A stretch of 62,060 bases of DNA, the filler included, from Choristocarpus tenellus KU-1152 (Eukaryota; Protista; Phaeophyceae): assembly GCA_964200185.2 (NCBI GenBank). It is 12 parts of 12 records of this genome, joined end to end, with 100 filler letters (N's around TTAATTAATTAA, not from the genome) between each part and the next. Parts side by side here need not be neighbours in the genome. Positions count along the whole stretch, not along the records: positions 32,528 to 40,518 come from CAXNAD020005296.1; positions 40,619 to 47,514 come from CAXNAD020007121.1; positions 47,615 to 50,149 come from CAXNAD020026980.1; positions 50,250 to 55,138 come from CAXNAD020012657.1; 8 more parts are not named here. One strand, written 5' to 3'. Positions 38,130-50,783 of the stretch are shown here, piece after piece. Each line of letters begins with the position of its first letter. Position 1 is the first letter of the stretch. The notes under the pieces were generated by a model. It was not told the DNA's origin, ran no database searches, and saw only the letters and a list, made by a program, of their open reading frames with translations. The translations under genes were made by a program, and so were the position numbers.

Positions 38130-40355
38130 AGGAAAACAAATCCACCCAACTTACATCGTGACCTCCTTTCGATCCCACTCAGGAGACGGGGACTAAAGAG
38201 ACTGCCCAAGACCAGTACCGCCCGTTCGGGGAAGAAATCCAAAACGGACCAGATAATGGACCTCTTCCTCTCCATGTATGTCAACCACGACGGCTCAGAA
38301 GAGATGGAAGGAAGCGACCACACTTGGAACGACCTTGCCTCTTGGTTGTTGGATGAGAAGAGCAGATTTGCACCATTGGCAAGTGCGCTGTGAGTTGTGT
38401 TGGGTCGGGAACAACGCGAGTCAACGCCTGATCTCCAGGTTTTACACATCCAATGCGTAAAGAAAGATCTTAGCACCGACCATACGCGCCAGGTGTACAA
38501 ATCCGTCCTCGTCGGCATCGCTCCTGATGTCGAAATACGCGACGACAGGGTGACATCCACGTTTCAACCACTTCTGTCTGTCACAGCAAAAAAGTACGAC
38601 ATCAGCATTGACACACTAAGATCATCCGCCGAAAAATGCACGGAATTCTTGCGAGACATGCGGCAACAGGCGAACCCATCCGAATCGGCTGCAGATGACG
38701 CTGGGGGCTTCTCTCCCAGCTCAAACATACACGTCGCTCACAACTTTACTCAAGGCACCACCCACAGGTATGGGAATTCGTTTCCCGCAACCACCAACAG
38801 TGTGACACACAAAACTCCCCCCCCCCGGGCGAACACATTCACTGTATATGTAGAAAACAGTTTCATCACTAACAGGGATGCCCGGATGATCCCTCATATT
38901 CTACTGCACAACCGAAACACGCCCCATATCTCCCATCGTTCCTCGCACAAAACGGCAGACCAAGGGTGTTCGACGTGAGAAGCGACAACTCCTCACGACA
39001 GTTCCATGTCTTGCATCCTGATACACATGTTCTGGGTATCACCGTGTGGGAGAGCAACAGCACTGCCTTGCCCCACGATCCGGTCACATCTCATGATGCC
39101 GTCCAGGTAATGCACTACTTAGACCCGCATACGAACAAGAGAGTTTGCCATCCGGATGCACTGTGCCAACAGTACGCTCAGAGGTACTCAACACTAGCGA
39201 GTGTCATCCTCACAAATATTGCGCGTATCAACCCTCAGCACTTCATGGATTAATCACTGTGCAACATATTCACCCTCCAACAATACTGTGCCATTACACC
39301 ACCACATATACACATGGTGCAACTGACGTCACAACAGGTCACCGATTAGCACAGATGAGGATGTCTATGCCAACTTCAAGGAGAGATTCGAACAGGAGGG
39401 AATCCCAGGACCAATACCCTGTCCGTCAACATTCGTGAAGTGGAGACTACATTTCAAAGGCCACGCCAAGGTATGTGCCGAAATAGAGCCTCTGGTGTTT
39501 TTTGGATACATGCTACAGTAGCGACCGGGTAACTCTACGTTTTCCTAACCACCACAGGATAGCTAGTCACGTCATGCATCATGAGTGTCCACACACGAAC
39601 GAGGATAACCCACCAACCGCATTCCTCCCTCTACTCTCCCGCGCAACACAGATCATGCGTTTGCATCCACCATATGGCCACCGACCTCCAGGTTCAGTGC
39701 CTGAGAGAGAACTGGAAGAAAGTACATGGAAGAATGAGCTTTCGAGACGATGGACAACGCGCTTGCGCATGCACATGCGAATTCTACGACAAAGGCAAAG
39801 GATGCGGGTCTAAAGAAATGGAGACCGCACTCGAAAGTGGTGCTCATTTAATGGCCTTCCTCTTTTAAGCTTGTCTTCCAAACCACATCCTTGATGTGGC
39901 GAATGTGTTATCGCCACGAGCTGTAATGGTTATCCAACATAATGAGACCACTAAAGATACATACACCAACGTACACACACCCAAACCGTTTCACTACGTA
40001 CTCTACGTATGTACTGCAGTCAAAGCCAGACTCCACTAGTGACGTTCCATCCGCTACTCAAACATCCACACACTGACAACAAAAACCGCTCATGGACTGA
40101 TCAAAACAAAACAGATGCGACAGGACCGTGCTGGAACCCCTCAGCGAACCGTCCTCTGGTGGTTCCTTCGGCGGTTTCAAAAATTCATGTGTCGACAGTA
40201 CATGTCACCTGTGCAACTGGAAATCTCACCCCATGTGGAAGTGCCCTTGTATGCCGGACACTCACAACACCCGTGTCACATGGAGCGAGTTCGTCCACGC
40301 GTACACCCCGGTGGTAGAGGCGAATCTGCAACAAAAGACTTGCCAGGAATTAAAG
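38130..40355 (+). mobile_element. N-terminal half of an intron-containing, degenerate Sola2-like DNA transposase; catalytic domain not present on this contig
   Basis: RSD...VW..NS...P...D.V...HP (exon ends 39171) splices in phase to 39338-39470 (VY.NFK...C.STF.KWR). Then RSCVCIHH...L...L (~39650) and exon 40115-40355 C...C..C...CP...V.W..F. Confidence 0.5.
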
Positions 40356-41567
40356 GTAGGCCTTACCCAAACACTCACCAACTGATTAAGTTTTGAAGAC
40401 GAACCTGTCCGGGTCCACTCTCACGGCGGGAACAGGGCCGACCCAGCAACCTGCGCTATGTGTCCACCAGACCCCGGTGTAAACACATCCACACCACCAC
40501 ACACCCATGCTACAATAANNNNNNNNNNNNNNNNNNNNNNNNNNNNNNNNNNNNNNNNNNNNTTAATTAATTAANNNNNNNNNNNNNNNNNNNNNNNNNN
40601 NNNNNNNNNNNNNNNNNNTTTTTTTTTTTTGTTTTTTTTTCTTGCCCCCCCCCCCCCCCCCCCCCTGACACATCTATAAAATATCAGAGCGGGTAACAAC
40701 ATGTATTAGTATGCACCTCCAATAGACATACTCATAAGGTCAGGCTGCGATGTAGGAAATGATGTGCAGGTTAAGATAGCAACACATGAAACCAGTGATA
40801 CATATATTTTGTATATTTAATATTACTACCATATAGTTTTATTTTCTTTAGTAGAAGTAGTAGTAGTAGTAAGGGGTACTAGTATTAGTACTAGTAACAA
40901 AAGCCAGTAGCAGTATTTGTAGCAGTAGTTGTCATTACACTGTTAGTCTGACAGATCCCAGACAGCCCGTTGAGAGTTATTCAGAAAAAGTCAATAAGTG
41001 TATCTGAGAAATGAATGTCTCAGTACAAAAATAACAGGACTTTTGACCAGCTCAGCAAAAAAAAAAATCCATCCACTGACCAGTCTGGTCCCACAATTAT
41101 TTAATTTTTTCATGTCCCAGTCCATGTCCACTACGAATTAAACCAGTCCCATGTCCGTCAGCCAGATCAGGTCAAAATATTTTCGGAGATATCCGGATAA
41201 TGTCCACTGCATATTGTACCGTTCCATGTCCACTGACTGCCCAGCCTAACTTTCCCTTGCATCCCCGGACCATGGCCGCCAACCAGTTAAAACAATTTCT
41301 GGCAGGTCCAGACCATGTCCAGCACAGTGTTGTACAAGCCCATCTGTCAATTTCGTTTGGCCTTTCCATATGAACAATAAAAAATGTGCAACACATTGAA
41401 CGCTAAGTTCCTGCACACACAGATTACACATCACCATAGCTACCCAACAATGTATTGAATTTATACTTTTAATACTTAAAATAGTAGGGTAGAAAATGAA
41501 ACAGAATGTATAATATATTTTATACTTTGAACACTTAATGTAGTAGTTTAGGATACAAGATTCAAGT

Positions 41568-41918
41568 AGAGTGAATTGGGGGGGGATGGCCATTACGTGA
41601 TCGGTCTGATTGTAAAATAAATATTACCTGACCTGCCATAGATAAAATGTTCTAACATGGCCGAGTCCATGGCCATTGCTTACTCAACATGACCAGGCCC
41701 ACTGACCGGTCATGTACAACCAAGTTCGAACAAGGCCGGGTTCTTGGCCATTGCTTACTCAACACTACAAGGGCCATCGAACAACTATGTAAAATCAAGT
41801 TCGAACATGACCGAGTCCATGGCCATCGACAGTTTCAACTTGGCTGGGCCATGGACCGGCCCGTGGCCATACGGCTAACAGTGGACATCCTAACTGCCCG
41901 GCCAAGTGAAAAGCCCTG
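41568..41918 (-). repeat. GGCC-rich, internally repetitive MITE-like element ending in TGAAAAGCCCTG
   Basis: Repeated blocks catg.ccgagtccatggccat, tggccattgcttactcaaca and caagttcgaaca. A CAG terminus on the minus strand is hAT-like. Confidence 0.45.
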
Positions 41919-42266
41919 AAAAATACTATAGATCTAAAGTAAAGTAGTGAAAAAGAGAAAAGAAAAATAACATAGGAAAAGAGAGAACTCAGTGAGGGTA
42001 AGGAAAAGAACATAGAAAAAAACCTGCGTCATACCAGAAGAGAAGCAAGTACAAGCATAATAACAAGAAATCAGTATTTGTTTATTCAGCAGACAGTGAT
42101 GGTAGTAGTTAGTATTGGTGGTTTGGGCTGCCTTGCCTGTTGGCTTTAGCATGATGGGCGAACATAGCTGAATCACATTTTCCTTGGAATGCCAATCTGC
42201 CATAAAGCTCATTATATCGCCAACCACACACACTCGTACCACTTTTGTTGGTTGGTTGCCCTTGTG

Positions 42267-45200
42267 CTATCCCTCAACTCCCACCACTAACTTCTTGAGA
42301 TTGTCTTGTAGCCCCATCCACCGATTCTTCTCCGGTCCATCTTGCTTCCTTCCGTCTTCCATTGGCAAGCCTCCCCAAACATCAAAACCTTGACTTGTGA
42401 AGTCGCTCATCCCCCATTCGCGCAACTGATCCTGCATATTGAAGTCTCCATTCTCGCACAGACAGTTTTATCTTAATGAGTATACAATAGGTGGAATCAC
42501 ATATACTATCCGTGGTAAGTACCGTACTATCATGTATCCTCATCAACTACATTTAGGGATTTTTCTGACATGTGAATAGTTTTTAGTCGTTTTTTGAAGC
42601 GCTAAGATTGACTTGAAATAGTTAATTTCTCTATTATTTGATAATCTCGACAAAATTCAGTGAAGTCCCCATACTTATTTGGACAAAGTCGAATTTTGAA
42701 CTTTTGTTGGCACCCTTCAATGTTGCACTGGGTACCTCTCGTTTACTTTGGCTTAGGAGTTGAAAACTATCGTAGTAAATATCGAGAGTTTTGACTTTCT
42801 TTTCGATTCATGGTGAGGTTTTGCAACTGAAATGATTTATCGTTGTATAGAGGAAACGAGAAGATGCATGTCCTGCTCTTCCTAATCCTGCGTCTGGTAT
42901 ATTGAGATTCATTACTGCCAGTACTAGTAGTGCTGTGAACCATGACAACAGGTTAATCGGAATCAGTTCAACAAATTTGAGAGAATAACCAAGATAAGAA
43001 ACTGAAGAAAATTTGTTTTTTTCCGGTTATACATTGTACTTTATATCTGGAGACACACAGTGTGTCACACGACCCAGAGCCTTCGCCACCACAACAAGTG
43101 GTGTCATTTCTCACTACTCAGTACTCACAATTGTGACCATACAACATAGTGGCAGAAGAGGTGTACTTGTAGAATGATCCTCATCACAATGAATTAATCT
43201 TTGCTCTTCACAGCCAACCACTCAGACAGGTGTTCTTCAGCCTTCAAGACTACACGAATGAGCAATAGTTTATCTCAGATAATACTTACTACAGGAGACC
43301 TTGTCTCTGACAACGGAGAAATAGTATGGAAAAGAGGTGAAAGTCAAAGTCTCACGCCTCCAGAGCGCCCCCATTCCAAATGGGGGGTTCTTTTTCTCCC
43401 TCGCCATGTCGCCAGTGTTTCCTGCACATTCCCTTGTGCTCCAATAGCTCAATCGAGTTACTCGCATTTATTGCATCCAATTCTAACAAAAAAAAATAGC
43501 GGTTCACAGCACTAATCAATTTCAGGTAGGGTAGGGAAACTTCAGGCCCATAGCATCCTAGAGGAGAGAGGGGGTCAGGCGTCCAAGGGGGGCCTGTGTG
43601 ATCCTGTAGTGATTTGTGTGTCAAATGATTGAACATGTCGGATGTAAGGGCAATTTTTGGATACTGCGGTGGACTTACGTACTCCTTGTTCAGCACCAGT
43701 TCGAACAGTCTGCGAGGCCCAAAAAGTAGTAAGGCATTCTTGTGGCTTCGCAAAGGACGGCGTAGAATAGGTAGACCACGTCAGATTTTGCTAAGATTTG
43801 AAATTATCTTTACCTCATAATGGGTTTTGTAAGACCTCTACAAAAAATGAAGACCATCTTACACCATCTTGTGCATTTATGGCATTCCCCGCAAACTGTT
43901 CAAACTGATGCTGAACAGATGAAGTATTGTCCATGTGCGGTAGAGGAGGAAATAATTTCAAAAATAGTCGAAGAAAACCGCCTCAAAAGGGCGTTAAATA
44001 TTTGGGCTTCCTTTCAGGCTTTTTTAAAAGGAGAGACAAAATAAGAAATATTAAATTTGAAACAATGGTAGACACTAGAGAGCATGAACTAAGAAGCAGA
44101 GAGAAGAAGAGCATTGCATTATTGCACATACACCGAGATGGTATAAAGGAAGTCCAGTCTCAACAAGCAGTACTCTTTGCTAGGTCTTAGACAATCTAGG
44201 GAAAAGAACCCCAGTCGACCCCATCATACAATGAGCAAAGAAGTATGATGACGGCCTGTGTTTGAACCTACCTTTGATGGTCAAGAGGACACCGGTTGCT
44301 GTAGCGCTACAGTAGGAGGATGAGATGTAGAAACAGGTGCATCAATGCTGAGCTTCAGAGGTGATTTTTTACGATGAGGGCACAGTAAATCACAGGCAGG
44401 CTTGATGTTAGAGGTATGTAGAGGTCAAAATATCTCAGCCAGTGAATTGTCCGAACCTGTCGTCATATCTGAGTGAAACCATCCATGAGGGGGGTCAATT
44501 TTGAGCCTTTAGACCTTGAAGGCCTTCTAGGATCTTGAGCAATACACACCATGCCCATACCTGAAATGCAGGCAACCCCCCCCAAAGGAGGGACTGGCTG
44601 TAGAATAAGGATTGGGTATGAACGCTCTGTTGACTGATAGTGCCTTTCACAACGTTCAAAACACAAAATATTCCACGAGGCAGTCGTAGTGGTATTCCAA
44701 ACTCAACGACACCCTCCGCTTAGATGTTGCTCTCTACTTTCAAGTAAGTGCTATGTTCTCCTAGGCTAGGGTTCAATAGGGACATATCCTACCTATTACT
44801 CTTCCACATCATACTTGATTGTGTCCCTTTGACTCGCCAATAACAGCAGAGGCATTCTCACAAGCCACATCATTATTTCTGTTAATAGTAATACCTGCAG
44901 AGTTAAACAACGTATATTTTGTTTCATTTCTTTGTCACTTTTTTTGGTCACTGGTCTCTCTTGTTGAAGATCTTCAACGAAGAACCAAGAGCAAAAAACA
45001 TTTCAAAGATCAAGACTACAAAATTTCATCATGGATCGTCCATCAAGAGCAGTACTAGAGTAGTATGAGTGGTAGCATCCATGTGATGCCACTGACTCTA
45101 TCAAACACAACAGTGGCAGTATGGTGGACCTGCGCACAGGCTGTCAACCAGTGTTCTGCACATATTGTGTCTTGTGTGTACGAGTGAGTGTAAAGGTCGC

Positions 45201-45407
45201 TTTGGGTATATCCCAAAAGCTACATCACTGACCAATGAACCAGAGGAATCTGTGATGCGCTCACTCTGTGGTCGTATCACCAATCAACCAATCACCACCG
45301 CCCCCTTTGTAAACTAACGATAGTGTTGAATACATTTTACACCAAAACCTGCCACAAACAACTACCTCTTGGGGGTGTACTTACCTCTCCTCTACTGCAT
45401 CTTTGAT
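42267..45407 (-). CDS. 3' end of an unidentified gene with micro-exons (45407-45385, 44298-44272, 43709-43679, terminal exon 42431-42267); U-box/RING-like
   Basis: AG/GTA(A/G)G-bounded exons of 23, 27 and 31 nt join in frame to IKDAVEESNRCPLDHQRLFELVLNKEYDQLREWG...VEG*. Confidence 0.4.
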
Positions 45408-45593
45408 CTGGGAGGCATCCATATGGGTGCAACAGCTTCTTCACTTACGCTAATAATGATAAAACCCTAACCCTACAACTTCAACTAGCAACGATACTAA
45501 CCAAACATTGCCATTGCACATCATGCCAGGCCACATGGATGTTGTGCGATGAAGCACAGTAGTTTTCAATATAGTTAAACATATTTGGCCGTT

Positions 45594-45866
45594 TGGACAA
45601 AGGAAACGAGAGGTACCCCCCCCGGCTTTGACCGTTTTGCATTTTTTATTATTTTTTTCAAATGTTCTCCAACCCGTACTTGTACAGATAGAGTGCTAAC
45701 TATAACTTGATAGCATTGATTTTTTTCTGTTGTGCGAGAGTTCTCGACAAAGTTCACAGAAGCTCCAATACACAGCTGTAGAAACAGCCATTTCATTCTT
45801 TTATTGCGTATATGTCAGCATCCTTCTAAAGTCCAAACCCCGGGTACCTCTCAACTACTTTGACTC
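45594..45866. mobile_element. MITE family C (~270 bp); a further right end at ~42730-42753
   Basis: Inverted termini gacaaaggaaacgagaggtaccc ... gggtacctctcaactactttgactc. Confidence 0.7.
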
Positions 45867-46196
45867 AAACCCTGCTTCATCTCCGATCAGTATGTAAGTC
45901 ACAACTCCAAGAGGACTCTGCACAGTTACTGTTGGTCAAAGCTAAGCGCCATTTCGCTCACAGTCAAACTTTACAGACCGAACTGATGTAGAATTCCATC
46001 CACAGGGTCATCAACGCAATACTCGTTTCCTGTCCTCGCTTGTTCCACTCTGCAAAATACTGCCCTTCACATGGCTGTCTGACAAACTTGTGCAGCATGG
46101 AGCATCCATTTGAATAAAATGTTCATCTGGGTTGTCTGGCGAGTTACCTCTCATGCTACCTCTCATGCTCCCTTGACCCCATTGCGTTTTAGCCCT

Positions 46197-46452
46197 GAGT
46201 CAAAGTATCTCTCGGAGGGTATAGCCGCATCCGTTTGGGGGCCAAATTCCAATGATGCGATTTTGACGTAATTTTGGCTATCGTTTTTGTTAGGAAGTGT
46301 CAATATCTATGTTTCGGACACACCTTTTCGTAATGTATACATTTTACCTACTCCAAAACATTTCAGAGTAGGAAAAAGAAAAAAAAACGTGGGAAGCCAA
46401 GCCCCAAACGGGCATAAACAGGGCAAAGTTCGTGCCCTGTAAGTCCTTTGAT
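46197..46452 (-). mobile_element. MITE family A copy
   Basis: Begins gagtcaaagtatct; internal sequence is colinear with the other family A copies. Confidence 0.85.
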
Positions 46453-47614
46453 GTGTATAGTGAAGAATGGTACTGGGTACCCTACATGACCTTACCAAGA
46501 GTAGAGATTCCACACAAGGGTGAGAGTGTTGGTGGAGACAAGTCAATTCTAGCAGCAACTGATTTTCACACACCTCAATAATAATAATACAGAAAATAAA
46601 TAATACAACGGAGACGAGCCACATATCGAGGAAATTTATTAGAACCCTCTCCTCCTACACGGAAACATAATATTATCCTGTGCAACATAAAAATAACACA
46701 CCTCAGAGAGAGAAAAAAAAATGTATATTTAATTATTTATCCTTGTACACTTTTATTTTTTTCATCTCCAAAACAACCAGGCGACACGACTCACTGTTCT
46801 CAATACAAAAAAAAAAAAGCGTTTGAATCGCAGTGCTTTCGATCGATCTACTTACACAAAAATAAATAATATTAAAAAACTTTTTTTTTTTTCTATTTTA
46901 GTGTTGACATTTCACTATTCAGAAATACACAAGAGCACAAAAGACAAAAAAACAGAATAAATATCACAATACTAATTTGAACCTTACAAGATCACAGACA
47001 GAAAGGGGTTACGTAACCCCTCTTCAGAACCCCATCCTGGGTGTGTGCCTGTGTGCACGGCAGAACCCCTTCCCTATAACCCTTTTACTAAAAAGCTGCT
47101 TGAACATTCATTGGGTGGACAGATAGCCAGTGCATCACTCACATATTGCCACCGATTCCAGCATTTATTTTATTTTGTCGTTAAAAAAAAATAAAACCAC
47201 CAAACAGTAACAGGAACAGGTGCCCAATGCTTCCCAGACAAGGCCTAACACTAATGAAAAACAAACTACAAACTGAAGCTGTCTTCCAGTCGATGACCTT
47301 CTTCTCTCAGTTTGTTCTGAATAACCTCACTCTGCAGTCGATGCTACTGTTGTGCCAACAAATACCCGGAGCACACTAACCCTAACCCTAACCCTAAACA
47401 GATTTCACATTTAGGGCTATAGCACGCAGTTGTGTGGAGGGGAGGGGGGGGGGGGGGGGGGAGAGACCCCGCTTGCAAAAAAAAATGTCGGAAGGGGGGG
47501 GGGGGGGGGAGAGGNNNNNNNNNNNNNNNNNNNNNNNNNNNNNNNNNNNNNNNNNNNNTTAATTAATTAANNNNNNNNNNNNNNNNNNNNNNNNNNNNNN
47601 NNNNNNNNNNNNNN

Positions 47615-47657
47615 TTGTGTTTGTATTTTTTGTGTGTGTGTGTGTGTGTGGGGTTTT

Positions 47658-47700
<43 letters not shown>

Positions 47701-47781
47701 ATGTTGTGTGTGTGTGTGTTGTGCATGTGTGTGTGTGTGTGTGTGTGTGTTATGTGTGTGTGTGTGTTATGTGTGTGTGTG
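47615..47781. repeat. Imperfect (GT)n microsatellite; others are (GA)n at 1205-1230 and 31191-31229 and (CA)n at 58859-58880 and 59410-59510
   Basis: Direct inspection. Confidence 0.95.
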
Positions 47782-48432
47782 CCATGGTGCGGTTTAACAT
47801 TCATCTACGGTCACTCTCTTTGAAATGTTCAATGCACAAGATCGTTTTTTAAAGGGGCGAGCAAGAAGATATTTTGGAATGCAGTGGTGGTGGGGAAGGT
47901 GAGAGGTGGGGAGGCAGAGGTTGTCGGGAACACAGTGTGAATGAACTGGAAGGGGCAGGGCATCGGCACAAGCTAGAAAGTACAAAAAGTTAATTTTCTA
48001 TTTCTTGATACAGCAAACAACCGATATATTTTCAATGGAGTTGAAGGGGCACTGAGAACAAAATACAGTTCTTATCCCCCAGACAATACCCAACACACCT
48101 AGGCAGACAACACTGGACTGGGACGTCCACGGAGGGCCTAGGCAAAGTTTAAAACAAGACAGAAGTAAGGACATACACACAACACACACTTGTTCTTAAA
48201 TAGCAAAATAGGAAAATGAGAAAGCAACACAACCAAAACAAAACAAAAACGAGTCAGGAAAAGGAGGCAGCCTGATCTGCAGCCTTGGATTGATGTTATG
48301 CAATCATCAAGGAATAGACAAAAGAGCAGACAACACGAAGCCGGGGGGGNNNNNNNNNNGAAATCAAGAAGAGAGAGAAGGACGGCCTGGGGGGGGGGGG
48401 GGGGTGGGGAAGTATCCAGTTCTCAGGCTCAC

Positions 48433-48564
48433 CAAGTTGCCCTCCTTGGCTGCCCAGTTCATGGCCGATGCTGTGCAACCCTCTGTGCGGTTTTCATGCA
48501 GCCAGCGTATCACATTCATATGCCCATGCTTTGCAGCCACATCCATGGCACTGGTGGTGCAGCC
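48433..48564 (-). CDS. Ankyrin-repeat protein, internal exon
   Basis: GCTTSAMDVAAKHGHMNVIRWLHENRTEGCTASAMNWAAKEGNL, bounded by CAG and GTGAG, phase 0. Confidence 0.88.
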
Positions 48565-50783
48565 CTGGGGAGTCCAAGTATTATGGTGATGGATATGTGG
48601 GAGGAGGCGATTTAAGGGACTGACTCTGGTGTAGCTTAACAGCTGGGGTGGGTATGGGAGGGGGGGAGGGGGGGGGGGCATGAGCTTTGAGGGTTGAGAA
48701 CAAACCTTTGAGAACAAAACTGGACCTGCAACAAGGTCGGCCGGCAAAGGTTTCTGCACTCCAGGTCAACAGATTGTGCATCAAAACTGAACTAAAAGCT
48801 GGAGGGGGTTGAAAGCTCCTCGGGTCATCATTTGGTAAGCACACTGCCCTATCGCAGCACCATTGATATTGCTCTAACTTGGGTTCTCTGTCCTGCACCT
48901 ATCCAGCACACATGCTACAAAAATGGGGCCCCAGCACGGCCACTGAAGAACTTGACACCATCAGATGAATCCACAACATTTCGGACTGTGAACTTTCAAA
49001 AACATCTCACTGCTTGGGTGCACTGATCACCAACACCTCCCTGCTATCCTGCTAGGGTTAGGGCTAGGTGATCCCCACAAATTATGTGCAAGCACTGCTT
49101 CTCCTTTCCTTGTCTTGTTTCTTCTATGCCCATACAATCATATGAGCAACTCCGATTACATTGTTGGCTATTCCAAGGCGTTATCAGAACTGGTAGACAC
49201 ACAGGTCAGAACCGACTCACCACGCCTGAGCAATGATACTTTTGCGTTGAACTAAAGTTCTTAAATTGTCCATATGGACACAATCTGGCTGTAAAACAGT
49301 TTTTGGATTTTCAGACAATCTCCGAGAGCTTTCTATCAGGCTACAGAACAAGTCGCAGGAGCCAATGCACTAAAGGATGCGTCACTTTCCATATATTTTT
49401 CCTTCCATCATGTGGTCACTGATCTCATACCAGGGGAAACTGCACTGCAAGGATCTCACACTCTGTTGCAGGCCTTTGCCACAAACATATTCCAAGCGGC
49501 ACTGAGCTTCTTTTTTTTTTCACAAATGCCAGCTTTGTGGATCAATGCAAACTGAAAAACCAAACAGTAAATGATGTCAAAAATCTAAGGGTTTGACCGG
49601 CGGGTTCTATTCTCGTGCGTATGTACGCACAGGCTTTGTATTACGCAAAAAAAAAATCAATTATGGAAGTCACGCATGGTTTCACGCACTGCTCTGTGCA
49701 CGTTTCGACCCAAATTAATTAGGAGCACCGAGAATTTCTAACCCGATTTAGAAAAAAATAATAAAGGCAAATAACAATTTAAAGACCCCCCCGCATAAAT
49801 AGTAGGGTATGGGTTGACTTGGTTACCTTCTCTATCCTTCATGGTTCCCACGCAAAAGCTATGTGTTCAGCACAAAGGGTGTGTTGACAACAACGCCTGA
49901 GAAAAGTTGCAGATCTACCTTGCACACCATCCTATGTCTACGGTGGGTGCCCTGGCTACGTAGCTGACAGTAAATTACTCTTTTTCTAATGGCATGAACT
50001 CCTATGCAAAGTTGAAAACCTTCCGCACAAGAAATAAGAAAAAAGAATGATGTGTAGCATCTCTTCTTCCCCGTATCCCCCCCCCCCCCCCCCCCCCCCT
50101 AAACAACCCCGGACCCCTTGGGGGCCACCCACCTCAAAACCTCAACCGGNNNNNNNNNNNNNNNNNNNNNNNNNNNNNNNNNNNNNNNNNNNNTTAATTA
50201 ATTAANNNNNNNNNNNNNNNNNNNNNNNNNNNNNNNNNNNNNNNNNNNNGGGGGGGCTGGGAAGCAGGTGACATTGAGAATTGAGATCAACATTCAGGCT
50301 TACATTAAAAAGAAACACCAGATGGCATACACTCTTTTCTGAGAGTGTTGTGCAGATGTCAAGACATTCCACAGAGGAAATGCATCTAGAGTGGAAGTTG
50401 TGCTGGTGAACCAAGGATACGAACCCCATCAGTCTATGAGATGATAAGACGTACATTGCTTAGTTGGGGTCATGATTGTGAAGATAAGAAATTGAAACAT
50501 GAAGATGGATGTATACACTGTTTGACTCCTTGTGCTTCAAATACACAACTGGTCCCAGAGTATTTTTATTAATACTCCAGAGCGAGCGAGAATGAACAAA
50601 TATTTTCACACACCAGGCTCGTCCCATCGGAGGACTTAAGGCTCTTAAACATTTTACATCACAGGCACTTTAGTTACCTCTCATGGAAACATCTAGATAT
50701 TTAAATAAACTGACGAGACACCCTTCGAGTGGTTTGTAACAACAAAAAAATTTCATCCAAAGAGCAAAAAAGAAATACATTAC

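Noticed and set aside
32634-40518. Endogenous giant-virus (phaeovirus-like) insertion
   Set aside because: No capsid, polymerase or other viral core motifs were seen, and the transposase-like gene has spliceosomal introns.
47559-47852. Cys/Val- and His/Thr-rich ORFs
   Set aside because: These are translations of a (GT)n microsatellite.
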